The notes below the pieces were generated by a model, which saw only the letters and a list, made by a program, of their open reading frames with translations, searched no databases and was not told the origin of the DNA. The translations under genes and the position numbers were made by a program. A stretch of DNA of 64,000 nt, taken from positions 359,291 to 423,290 of the forward strand of contig JAXGNG010000002.1 of assembly GCA_040768125.1 (NCBI GenBank). The letters run 5' to 3'. Below, one piece after another: positions 19,630 through 28,212 of the stretch. This DNA is from Spirochaetota bacterium (GTDB lineage: Bacteria; Spirochaetota; UBA4802; UBA5550). The first letter of the stretch is position 1; each line of letters opens with the position of its first letter.

Positions 19630-20045
19630 TCCCCTATGATCTTCACCAGAACGCGTTTAGGGCGCCTGCCGTCGAACTCGGCGTAGTATATCTGTTCCCA
19701 TGGGCCGAAATCGAGCTTTCCGCCGGTTATCGCGGCAACGACTTCGCGGCCCATGATGGTACGCTTGATATGGGCGTCCCCGTTATCCTCACCGGTCCTG
19801 TTGTGGCGGTACCGGGACAGGGGCTCATGCGGGGCCAGGCCCTCCAGGAAGTCGTCGAAATCCTGAATCAGGCCGCTCTCGGCGTCGTTCACGTACACGG
19901 AAGCCGTGATGTGCATCGCGTTAATCAGGCAGAGGCCTTCCCGGACGCCGCTCTTCTGCACCAGCTGTTCCACCCTGTCGGTGATGTTAATATACTCCCT
20001 GCGGCTCTTCGTGTTGAAAGTGAGGTGTTCGGTAAGGGATTTCAT
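19626..20045 (-). CDS. yjbQ: YjbQ/UPF0047 family protein (secondary thiamine-phosphate synthase)
   Basis: 139 aa with [15 protein letters not shown]...HEP...HIKRTIMG, typical of YjbQ. 4-nt overlap with tatD. Confidence 0.8.
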   Translation of the reverse strand: MKSLTEHLTFNTKSRREYINITDRVEQLVQKSGVREGLCLINAMHITASVYVNDAESGLIQDFDDFLEGLAPHEPLSRYRHNRTGEDNGDAHIKRTIMGREVVAAITGGKLDFGPWEQIYYAEFDGRRPKRVLVKIIGE

Positions 20046-20168
20046 TGTATCCTCCGGTACTGGTGTGTGGTGATACGATAAACCACGCCGTGTGACCTGT
20101 CAAAATAAATATCAGACGTCGTGGCGCGTGGAACGGGTCGTCAATCGGCGCGGAAACGCGGCAAAGGG

Positions 20169-21374
20169 TTATGCGCCGGAAATTGACTGGGCCAGGAGGT
20201 TGACCGGGTGGAGGACCTTGTATTCGGTGTGACGGGAAATCTGGAGATTGCATGTTTCGCAATCGGTGACCACAAATTCGGGATTGGCCTGTTCGATCAG
20301 CTGAACGAGCTGCGACGCGATGTCGGTGCTTATGGCGTGGTACTCTTTCTTGAATCCATAGGTTCCCGCGATGCCGCAGCATTCCGAATGAAGGATGACA
20401 AGATCGAGGCCCGGTATCCTCTTCAGCACATTGATGGTGTAGATCACGCCGCCCTGGCGCTCCAGGTGGCACGGCGAATGGTACGCCACGCGGAGAGGGA
20501 CGGGCTTCAGATCCGGAAGGTTGCCCGCCTCGAACTGGTCGAAGAGGAACTTGGTGATGTATTCAACGTCGTTGTAAATGGCGCCGTTGTCGAGATCGAG
20601 AAAGTGCGAGTACTCGTGCTTCAGGGCGTAGGAACAGCTCGATGATGTCGACACGATTTTTCCCCCCGTGGCGGCTTTACGTACGGAGAGGTTCTTAATG
20701 TTATGGAGGGCGTTTGCCTTCGCCTTTTCAATGTACCCGTTCGCGATGAGGGGAACGCCGCAGCATTTCTCCCTTGTGATCTCGACCCCGATGTTCATGG
20801 CGTTGAGAACCCTTACCAGGTCCATCCCGAGTTCGTGGTCGTTGTAGTTGACGAAGCATCCATGGAAATAGGTCACCCGTTTTTCATAGCGCGCCTGGTC
20901 GCCCCTGAGCCTTCTGAATTTTCTCGCGAAGGTCCCCGATGCATAGGACGGGAAGACGCTCTGTGAGGGGATTTTCATCACGAGGTCCATGAGGAGCTTG
21001 ACCGGTGGAAAACGCAGGAAAAAATTAACGATGGAGCTGAACCGCGTTGCGATGGAGCCCACGAGGTCGGTTCGGCTCATGAAGAAATCGCGGGGCCTGA
21101 AGAATCCGCGTTTTACGTAATTCCATTTTGCCATCTGGATGATGCTGGCGATCTGCACGCCCGAGGGGCAGACCGTCTCGCAGCGCTTGCAGTTCGAGCA
21201 GTATTTCAGCGACGCGTCGACCAGGAGCGGGTCCTTGATGCGCAGGCGCTCGGTGTCGGGACCCGATTGTTTCGGGCCGGGGAAGAGGTGGGTCACGCGC
21301 GCCACGGGGCAGTAGATGGTGCACACCGTGCATTTGATGCACTGGTCGAAGCTGATGTTCTCGAGTCGTATCAT
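20169..21374 (-). CDS. glpC: anaerobic glycerol-3-phosphate dehydrogenase subunit C
   Basis: Two Cys clusters (CIKCTVCTIYCP, CSNCKRCETVCP) plus CCG-type Cys-rich domains. Confidence 0.85.
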   Translation of the reverse strand: MIRLENISFDQCIKCTVCTIYCPVARVTHLFPGPKQSGPDTERLRIKDPLLVDASLKYCSNCKRCETVCPSGVQIASIIQMAKWNYVKRGFFRPRDFFMSRTDLVGSIATRFSSIVNFFLRFPPVKLLMDLVMKIPSQSVFPSYASGTFARKFRRLRGDQARYEKRVTYFHGCFVNYNDHELGMDLVRVLNAMNIGVEITREKCCGVPLIANGYIEKAKANALHNIKNLSVRKAATGGKIVSTSSSCSYALKHEYSHFLDLDNGAIYNDVEYITKFLFDQFEAGNLPDLKPVPLRVAYHSPCHLERQGGVIYTINVLKRIPGLDLVILHSECCGIAGTYGFKKEYHAISTDIASQLVQLIEQANPEFVVTDCETCNLQISRHTEYKVLHPVNLLAQSISGA

Positions 21375-22672
21375 TTTTGCCGCATCGCCCCTTTCCCGGT
21401 AATCATGAGGGCCGCGTGATATCCCGTGGCGATGGCGACCCCCCCGCCGGAGGCCTCCCTGATGGGGTTGTAGTCGCCGAGAATGGAACCCGCGCAGTAG
21501 AGATTGTTGACCATGTTCCCCTTCGCGTCGATGGCCTTCAGGTTGTCGTCGGTCTGGACGCCGTATTCGAGGAAGGGATGACTCGAAGGTTCAAAAAAAC
21601 GCGCGGCATACCAGTCATTCCTCTTCTGAGGGGCGTTGACGGACAGATTCAGTACCGGTTCCTCGATCCTGTTGAATTCGCTCCTCAGGCCGCTGCTGAA
21701 GAAGCTCCCCGTGGCAAGCACAAAGGAGGACGAATGGTGGCGCGTGGTGCCGTAACTTTTGGTGTGAACATGATCAACCGAGCCGTTCACGATCTCGCCG
21801 CCCGTTACCGTGTCTCCGATGGAGAATTCACCCCCAAGGGCCGCGAATCGTCTTTTCAGTGCGTCATCGATCCTCATCCCCATGATCGACGGGGGCAGAG
21901 AGGGGACCTCGTAGATGATGCGTCCCGTCAACTCCTCGAGTCGTGCGTGGATTGCCCCGAAGTTGCGTATGCCGAGAAAAGAGGGGAGACAGACGATACC
22001 GGCCTTCCCCGCTACGGCGTTGATTTCGCCGGCGATGCGTGGAAGATATTTTTCCGTCTCGAAGATGCGCGCAAGGTCAATGGACCTGAATTCGTGGGGA
22101 TTTCTTTCGGGCCGGGCCAGGCGGGGTATCCTTATGCGCCCCGTGATGATTTCGGTGTCGGCGAAAAGGGGCTGGCGCTTGAGCTGCTCCACCGCGATTT
22201 CCGCGTAGTAGTCGCGGTATCCCTCGAAGTTGAGTATCGCGATCGGGATTTTGTTCTCCCACGCGGAGCGGATGCGCTCGTTGAACACGCTCGCCTGGGA
22301 GAGGTACGTGGGCTTCAGGGTGCCGATTCCGGTAACGTGAAAGTGGTTTTCGCGGCCGTTGCGGTGAAGGGCGATATCGCCCACGGCGGCCTCGGAGATG
22401 AAGAACTCGATTGCCTCGGCAACGACGGCGGTCCCTATTTTTGCGTAGGGGTGATGGTGATTGACCGCAGCGATCCCCTCGATGTATTCCAGGGGGGTCG
22501 CGACCGGGTTCTTTTCCGGGGTGTACCCGTAGAGGTCTATCGACCCCGATGAGAAATGAAGGGAATTGGCCCCTGAAGAAATGATGGCCGTGCGAAGGCC
22601 CTCGCGCCTGCATTTGATGCCGCAGGTGAGGCCCGCAAGGCCGCCGCCGATGATTAGACAGTCGTACGCCAT
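21371..22672 (-). CDS. glpB: anaerobic glycerol-3-phosphate dehydrogenase subunit B
   Basis: MAYDCLIIGGGLAGL FAD-binding N-terminus; sits between glpA and glpC. The ORF's upstream extension to 22798 is rejected. Confidence 0.8.
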   Translation of the reverse strand: MAYDCLIIGGGLAGLTCGIKCRREGLRTAIISSGANSLHFSSGSIDLYGYTPEKNPVATPLEYIEGIAAVNHHHPYAKIGTAVVAEAIEFFISEAAVGDIALHRNGRENHFHVTGIGTLKPTYLSQASVFNERIRSAWENKIPIAILNFEGYRDYYAEIAVEQLKRQPLFADTEIITGRIRIPRLARPERNPHEFRSIDLARIFETEKYLPRIAGEINAVAGKAGIVCLPSFLGIRNFGAIHARLEELTGRIIYEVPSLPPSIMGMRIDDALKRRFAALGGEFSIGDTVTGGEIVNGSVDHVHTKSYGTTRHHSSSFVLATGSFFSSGLRSEFNRIEEPVLNLSVNAPQKRNDWYAARFFEPSSHPFLEYGVQTDDNLKAIDAKGNMVNNLYCAGSILGDYNPIREASGGGVAIATGYHAALMITGKGAMRQK

Positions 22673-22692
22673 GATTGAGTTCGTTACTCTCC

Positions 22693-24306
22693 CTAATCTT
22701 TCAGGTTGCCGAGCCCGAAAAGTCCCTCGTATATCCAGTAGGTGAATTCCGACTCCCTGAGCGAATCGCCCCAGAGGACCGGTTTCACGCCCTTCCACCT
22801 TTCTTCGAGGAAGTCCCTGAGCAGCTTCGCGGATTCAACCGGTGTCGCGGATCCGTACTCCTGGAACAGGCCTGCGGAACGGTAGGCGCAGAGTTCTCCC
22901 TGGCATGGTCCCATGCCGATCCGCGTTCTCCGTCGAAGGTCAACCAGGTCCCTGACGTTGAGTTTTCTCAGGGCGTACTCCACCTCGCCTTCGGTGACCA
23001 TCTCGCATTCGCATATCAGGCGGTAATTTTTCCGGTCCCTTTTCAGGAACCCGTGAACGCGGTGCCCGTGTCGGTAGAGCGTGGAACCCACGACGGAGTT
23101 GGGGATGCCCGTGAAGGCCCTGACGGTTTTACCGCGTGACAGCTTTCGTTCGGAACCGGGCAGTGGAGTGCGATGGGTGGCGCAGCCCTTTTTCACGCCG
23201 AGCTTTTTCACCGCCATGTCGACGGTCATTTCCGCCATGAGGCGGTAGGTCATGAGCTTGCCGCCGGCTATGGTGATGAAGCCGTCAAGCACGTCGCGTT
23301 CCGCGTGGTCGATAAGGACGATGCCACGGCTGATGTCCCGTCCGCTGGTTTCGCCCGATACCGCGACCAGCGGACGGACACCGGCGTAGGCCCTGAGCGC
23401 CCTTGCCCGGGAAACGTTCGGGATCAGTTTCTCGCCGTCGCCAAGAAGCACATCGATCTCGTCGTCGTCCACGGTAAGATACTCGATGCAGTTGTAATCT
23501 ATCTGCCTCGACGTGGTGCCGATGATCGAAACCGTATCCCCCGGGACAATGATATCGCCGTCCGCGGGAGGCCGGCAACGGTTGATGACGATGTTGTTGA
23601 CGCGGTAGTCGATGATAAGCATGGATCCCTTCGAGGGAAACATTTTCAGCTCGATGCCCGCGGTTTCGCAAATGTGCTGCCCCCATACCCCCGAAGCGTT
23701 GATGACGATTGAACCATGGATTTCGAAGATATCGCCCCCGGCGGTCTGGCAACGGACGCCCAGGGCGCGTCCTCCCCCGGTCAGCACCTCGGTTACCTTT
23801 GTATGGTTGAAGACCCTGCCGCCGCGTTCCTCGGCGTCGAGAATATTCGACGACGTCAGTCGAAACGGGTCGACGATGCCGTCCGGTACATATATCGCGG
23901 ACAGTATTTTCTCGTTGAGATTGGGTTCGAGGCGAAGGGCCTCGTTGATGCTGACGTCCTCGGTTTTAATGCCAGCGATCCTGCATCCCGCGATGAGGTC
24001 GTGGTGGTACATCGGGTCGTCGTCGGGGAGGGTGACGAATAGCCCCCCCGTGTCCTCAATGCAGTGCCGGGCGATGTGTTTCAGTATCCTGTTCTCGGAG
24101 ATGCATTCCCTTGCGGATTCAAGGTCTTTCACGGCATAGCGCGCTCCGGAATGGAGGAGGCCGTGATTCCGCCCCGTGGCGCCATAGGCGATATCGTCCT
24201 TTTCGACGAGCGTGGCAGCTATGCCCCTCAGGGAGAGATCGCGTATAATGCCGGCTCCCGTAATACCCCCGCCGACAACGATGACTTCTGTCTCGATATT
24301 TTTCAT
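22693..24306 (-). CDS. glpA: anaerobic glycerol-3-phosphate dehydrogenase subunit A
   Basis: VIVVGGGITGAGIIRD...ATGRNHGLLHSGARYAV matches the GlpA FAD-binding region; C-terminal BFD-like Cys motif. Confidence 0.85.
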   Translation of the reverse strand: MKNIETEVIVVGGGITGAGIIRDLSLRGIAATLVEKDDIAYGATGRNHGLLHSGARYAVKDLESARECISENRILKHIARHCIEDTGGLFVTLPDDDPMYHHDLIAGCRIAGIKTEDVSINEALRLEPNLNEKILSAIYVPDGIVDPFRLTSSNILDAEERGGRVFNHTKVTEVLTGGGRALGVRCQTAGGDIFEIHGSIVINASGVWGQHICETAGIELKMFPSKGSMLIIDYRVNNIVINRCRPPADGDIIVPGDTVSIIGTTSRQIDYNCIEYLTVDDDEIDVLLGDGEKLIPNVSRARALRAYAGVRPLVAVSGETSGRDISRGIVLIDHAERDVLDGFITIAGGKLMTYRLMAEMTVDMAVKKLGVKKGCATHRTPLPGSERKLSRGKTVRAFTGIPNSVVGSTLYRHGHRVHGFLKRDRKNYRLICECEMVTEGEVEYALRKLNVRDLVDLRRRTRIGMGPCQGELCAYRSAGLFQEYGSATPVESAKLLRDFLEERWKGVKPVLWGDSLRESEFTYWIYEGLFGLGNLKD

Positions 24307-24466
24307 TGATGTGATTTCACCGGCGGCCGAAGTTCTTCAGCGAGGCCTCCGGCGTGACGGAAAAGTGCGGTGCATCGCCGCGGTGGACAATGATGCCTCC
24401 GCGAAGGACCTGTCGAAAGATACCATGACAGCAAATGCCGGAATGCGTCAAGGAAAAATGGAAGGA

Positions 24467-25453
24467 TTAATGGATTTCCGGTCCGTCGGCGTTTCCCCTG
24501 TCGCTTCCCGTTACTTTTCTGTTGTCAATCAACACTTCGAGCTCTTTGCCGCTGAACCGGTACCGCTGCGCGCAAAAGGCGCAGGTGACCTCCGCCCCGT
24601 TGTCGCGTTCCCGCATCTCTTTCAGTTCGTCCATGCTGACGTGGGCCAGGATGTCGAGTATCAGCCTCCTGCTGCAGCGGCATGCGGACTTCAGGGGTTG
24701 GGACCCAAGGATGGTCAGGGGTTCGCCGCCGAAAAGGGCCGCGAGGAACGCTTCCATGGGTTCGCCGTCTTTCAGTTTTTCGCCAAGGGAACGTTCCATC
24801 GTGGTGATGGCATTCTCCACCCGTGCCACCGACGTTTCAGGCGTATCCGGGAGGGTCTGGATGAGGACGCCCCCGGAGGAAGTGATGCCGCCGTCGTTCC
24901 CCAGGGTGAGGCCGATGATGAGGGCCGAGGGGACCTGCTCGGATATCGTCAGGTACCGTGCGACATCCGCGGCAACGTCGCCCGCCTCGAGGTGGATGAC
25001 GCCGGAGTAGGGCTCTCCATGGCCTGTTTCCCTTCGTACCGTAAGGAGGCCAGCGCCGATGCTTTTAGAAAAGCTGATGGTGTCCAGTTCACCGGTTTCA
25101 TCGGGACGGGGATTTCCGGCATAGGCCCGGATGTTCCCTCGGGCATCGGCCTGGGCATGCAGCTCCCTGATGGGACCGCTTCCCTCTATCCGGAGGACCA
25201 GGCTCTGGTCCGAAAGAGGTTTCAGGGTGGCGCTCAGAAGGGCCGTAGCGGTGATCGTCCTTCCCATCGCGACCGTTGCGTTTGGCGTGGTGCCGTGAAG
25301 GGAGGTGATTATCCGCACGGTTTCGAGCGTGGTGGCGGTGTAGGCCCTCAGGCCCAGGCCCTCGCAGAGGTAGCGCGTCAGGGTGTCGGTCCCTCTCAGG
25401 TCGTTACCCGGGGCAGAAGTCGCGGCATGGGAATGGCCGGTTGACATGGTCAT
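24467..25453 (-). CDS. hslO: redox-regulated chaperone Hsp33
   Basis: C-terminal zinc centre C-x-C ... C-x-x-C (CRCSRR...CAFCAQRY) and an Hsp33 N-domain. The start overlaps the upstream gene's stop by 4 nt. Confidence 0.85.
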   Translation of the reverse strand: MTMSTGHSHAATSAPGNDLRGTDTLTRYLCEGLGLRAYTATTLETVRIITSLHGTTPNATVAMGRTITATALLSATLKPLSDQSLVLRIEGSGPIRELHAQADARGNIRAYAGNPRPDETGELDTISFSKSIGAGLLTVRRETGHGEPYSGVIHLEAGDVAADVARYLTISEQVPSALIIGLTLGNDGGITSSGGVLIQTLPDTPETSVARVENAITTMERSLGEKLKDGEPMEAFLAALFGGEPLTILGSQPLKSACRCSRRLILDILAHVSMDELKEMRERDNGAEVTCAFCAQRYRFSGKELEVLIDNRKVTGSDRGNADGPEIH

Positions 25454-26613
25454 TTTTCACCGATCCTGATACAACCCTTGCCAGGCTGGGAGCAGGAGTA
25501 TCCGCAATTGATATTTTCATCGGAGCAGCAAGAATCGAGGAAGATATCCCATCGTGCGCGCTCCCTTGAATACAAGAGAAAGGCCCGGACAACGCATTCA
25601 TAGACGACACGACGTGTCACGAGCCCGGGTTTTCCATCCTTAACGGATTCCCCGGGTTCATCTATTGAGAAAAGGACCCGCCCCGTCAGGGGTATCTTCG
25701 TGCGGTATGCCTCTGGCTCTCCCCTGGAGATGATCTCCAGCTTCTCGATGTCGACGTTCCCCTTCTTGAGTCCGTATTCCTCCGCCAGGGATTTCTTCAG
25801 CAGTTGAAGGGCTTCCTCGTCATTGACTTCCGGCAAGGAGCCGTCGGTTGAGAGGTTCCTGCACATCGTCGGGATAAAGCACTCAACCCGGTCCTTTCCC
25901 CTGAAGACGCAGGCATCGCCCGCGTAGCGCCATTCCCCGCCCGAATTCTCAAGGGTAGAGCGCATGAGGCATTCATAGGTGGAAAGGGTATTGGTGAGAT
26001 CGTCATTACGGGAAATGACGGCCCGCGAGGTCACCAGGGTGCGGGCCGTACATCGTTCCCTGGACGCTGTTTTTTTCAACACCACGACCTCCTTCACTAC
26101 CCACCCTGGGCGGCGTTCAACGAGGCCCTGGCGGACCAGGGAGAGAGCCGTTTTGTCGTCAAGGGCGGGTAGTTTCTTTTTCGGCGCCCCGACTTCCTTC
26201 GATACCGTTTTTTCAATGCGATCGAAGATCCATTCTGTTTCAAGGCGGTAATAATGGGCATCCCATATGTCACGAAGGGGAAGACCGCATTCGTTGATGA
26301 TGATATCGACCGTTACGCGATGGACCTGCGAGGGGACCGCTATTCCGCCCTTCATTACGCTGCCGTTGCGCACACCACCGGCGTACGTGACTCTGCGTTC
26401 CGTCGTCCCATCGGGCTGTTGATAGACTGTGCGGAAATCGGCGAGAACCCGCTTTCCGGTCACGGCGCCAATCTTGCCGGGAGGGGGCGAGGGCCCGACA
26501 CCAGCGGCGGGCGGCGCGGCGGTGATCATGCCTCCGCCGGTGATGAAAGCGGAGAGGAGGACGGTAATCCAGATGAGGGCTCGTGACGTGTGATGTCCCA
26601 TTGCTTTCTCCAT
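25450..26613 (-). CDS. hypothetical membrane-anchored or secreted protein with a Cys-rich C-terminal tail
   Basis: N-terminal hydrophobic segment ALIWITVLLSAFITGGG and 13+ Cys, including the C-terminal SCCSDENINCGYSCSQPGKGC. No known domain recognised. Confidence 0.5.
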   Translation of the reverse strand: MEKAMGHHTSRALIWITVLLSAFITGGGMITAAPPAAGVGPSPPPGKIGAVTGKRVLADFRTVYQQPDGTTERRVTYAGGVRNGSVMKGGIAVPSQVHRVTVDIIINECGLPLRDIWDAHYYRLETEWIFDRIEKTVSKEVGAPKKKLPALDDKTALSLVRQGLVERRPGWVVKEVVVLKKTASRERCTARTLVTSRAVISRNDDLTNTLSTYECLMRSTLENSGGEWRYAGDACVFRGKDRVECFIPTMCRNLSTDGSLPEVNDEEALQLLKKSLAEEYGLKKGNVDIEKLEIISRGEPEAYRTKIPLTGRVLFSIDEPGESVKDGKPGLVTRRVVYECVVRAFLLYSRERARWDIFLDSCCSDENINCGYSCSQPGKGCIRIGEK

Positions 26614-26634
26614 GGCGAACAGGTCGCCGATAAT

Positions 26635-27657
26635 TCAGGCATCCCGGGCGATGAGTACGCCGGATGCCTCGACCACCGTGAAACGTATCCCGCTGAGATT
26701 AAAAAAACGTTGTATGTGACGTAGATTTTCACTGCGGTAGCCGATATATTCCCCGGTGTTGCGGGAGGGTATGAGAAACCTGATCGTGCGCACATTGTCA
26801 TTGCAAGACAGGTGCTCACGGGCCAGTACCATCATCTCGTCCCTCCGGAAGCGCGACTTGACGAGGTGTCCGAAAGAGGGGTGGTAGGGGCCGGCGATTA
26901 CCGCGTGCGCCCTTTCCGGCGTGAAGGGGTGTATGCCCATCCTGATGACCGGTATGCGGCGGAGAACGAAGATGCCGTAAATATCCCTGCAGAGCTCTAT
27001 CGCTTCCTCCAGATCGAGGGGAAAGTATTCCCCCTTTCTGTACCTCTCTTCGAGGACGGTGCCGCGGATAACGACAGTGGGATATATCCGGACAGCGGCG
27101 GGGACAAGGCCGGCCGCTATGCGCGCCGAACGAAGGGCTGAAGGCCTGGTTTCCCCAGGGAGTCCCGGCATCAGCTGTATCACGAGGTCGATGCCATGCC
27201 GCTGGATGGCCTCAACGGCAGCGTAGGTAGTCCCGGTGTCATGGCCGCGTCCCGAGGACTCGAGGACAGCGTCGTCGAAGCTCTGGACTCCCAGCTCGAT
27301 CGTCGATACACCCCGGTCCCGGAGAAAACGGAGGATTTCATCGGTGATACAATCCGGGCGCGTTGAGAGGCGGATGCCCTGGATGACGTTGGCTTCGAGG
27401 TGTCTCCGGGCCCTCGCGAGATAGGCTTCCTGGATGCGGCGATCCATGGCGGTGAAACTGCCGCCGAAAAATGCTAGTTCAACACGGTCCACGGAGGACC
27501 CGATATGCGCAGAGTACTCCGACACCAGGGCGTCGACATGGTCGGGAGAGGGTGGGGCCGCCTGTCCCGTGGCGGCCCACTGGTTGCAGAAAACGCAACG
27601 ATGCGGGCACCCGGAATGAGGGATGAAGACGGGAATAGTGATGCGCTTTTTAGCCAT
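26635..27657 (-). CDS. radical SAM protein (CxxxCxxC = CPHRCVFC)
   Basis: FIPHSGCPHRCVFCNQ cluster motif, ELAFFGGSFTA, TIM-barrel-like radical-SAM core. The ORF's N-terminal extension to 27798 is rejected. Confidence 0.75.
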   Translation of the reverse strand: MAKKRITIPVFIPHSGCPHRCVFCNQWAATGQAAPPSPDHVDALVSEYSAHIGSSVDRVELAFFGGSFTAMDRRIQEAYLARARRHLEANVIQGIRLSTRPDCITDEILRFLRDRGVSTIELGVQSFDDAVLESSGRGHDTGTTYAAVEAIQRHGIDLVIQLMPGLPGETRPSALRSARIAAGLVPAAVRIYPTVVIRGTVLEERYRKGEYFPLDLEEAIELCRDIYGIFVLRRIPVIRMGIHPFTPERAHAVIAGPYHPSFGHLVKSRFRRDEMMVLAREHLSCNDNVRTIRFLIPSRNTGEYIGYRSENLRHIQRFFNLSGIRFTVVEASGVLIARDA

Positions 27658-27775
27658 GATACAAAACCGGCACTGAGTGGCGACTGACGGCAATCGGCCG
27701 TCGGTATCGAGCCTAGATGGTGGTTTCGAATATTCAAGGATTTTTTCAAAAAGATTGGCCACATTATAAAAAATA

Positions 27776-27804
27776 TTGACATTGCGGCGCCATTTCAATT
27801 AATG
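27776..27804 (+). promoter_or_regulatory. sigma70-like promoter candidate (TTGACA-N17-TTAATG) for the fmdB-like gene
   Basis: Consensus -35 with a plausible -10 about 50 nt upstream of the ATG at 27856. Part of the 18-nt motif shared with 63468–63487. Confidence 0.3.
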
Positions 27805-27855
27805 CCACGCAAGGGCTCTTGCCCGTAATCGCATCAGGGAAAGGGAGTATAGGGT

Positions 27856-28134
27856 ATGCCCACATATGAATACGAATGCCTTGAGTGCAAAGACAGGTTC
27901 GAGCTTTTCCAGTCGATGAACGACGAGCCGGTTCGCACGTGCGCGAAGTGCAACGGCAGGGTACGGAAGCTCTTCAGCTCAGCCGGGATCATATTCAAGG
28001 GATCCGGATTTTACGTGAATGATTACAAGAACCCAGGGAAAAAAGAAGGTGCGGGTTCCTCGTCGGAAGGCGCGTTGTGTCCTGCCGCCGGGAACTGTTC
28101 GGCAACCTGCCCCGCCGGGGCTTCGTCGGAGTGA
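27856..28134 (+). CDS. FmdB-family zinc-ribbon protein
   Basis: MPTYEYECLECKDRFELFQSMNDEPVRTCAKCNGRVRKLFSSAGIIFKGSGFY is the canonical FmdB CxxC...CxxC N-terminus. Confidence 0.75.
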   Translation: MPTYEYECLECKDRFELFQSMNDEPVRTCAKCNGRVRKLFSSAGIIFKGSGFYVNDYKNPGKKEGAGSSSEGALCPAAGNCSATCPAGASSE

Positions 28135-28212
28135 GTGCCGGCCAATAAAGCCCATGTCCATGCTGTTGCTGCAAGAGCGCTCCGCGAGGGGCGCTCTTTT
28201 TTGTATAGGCAC

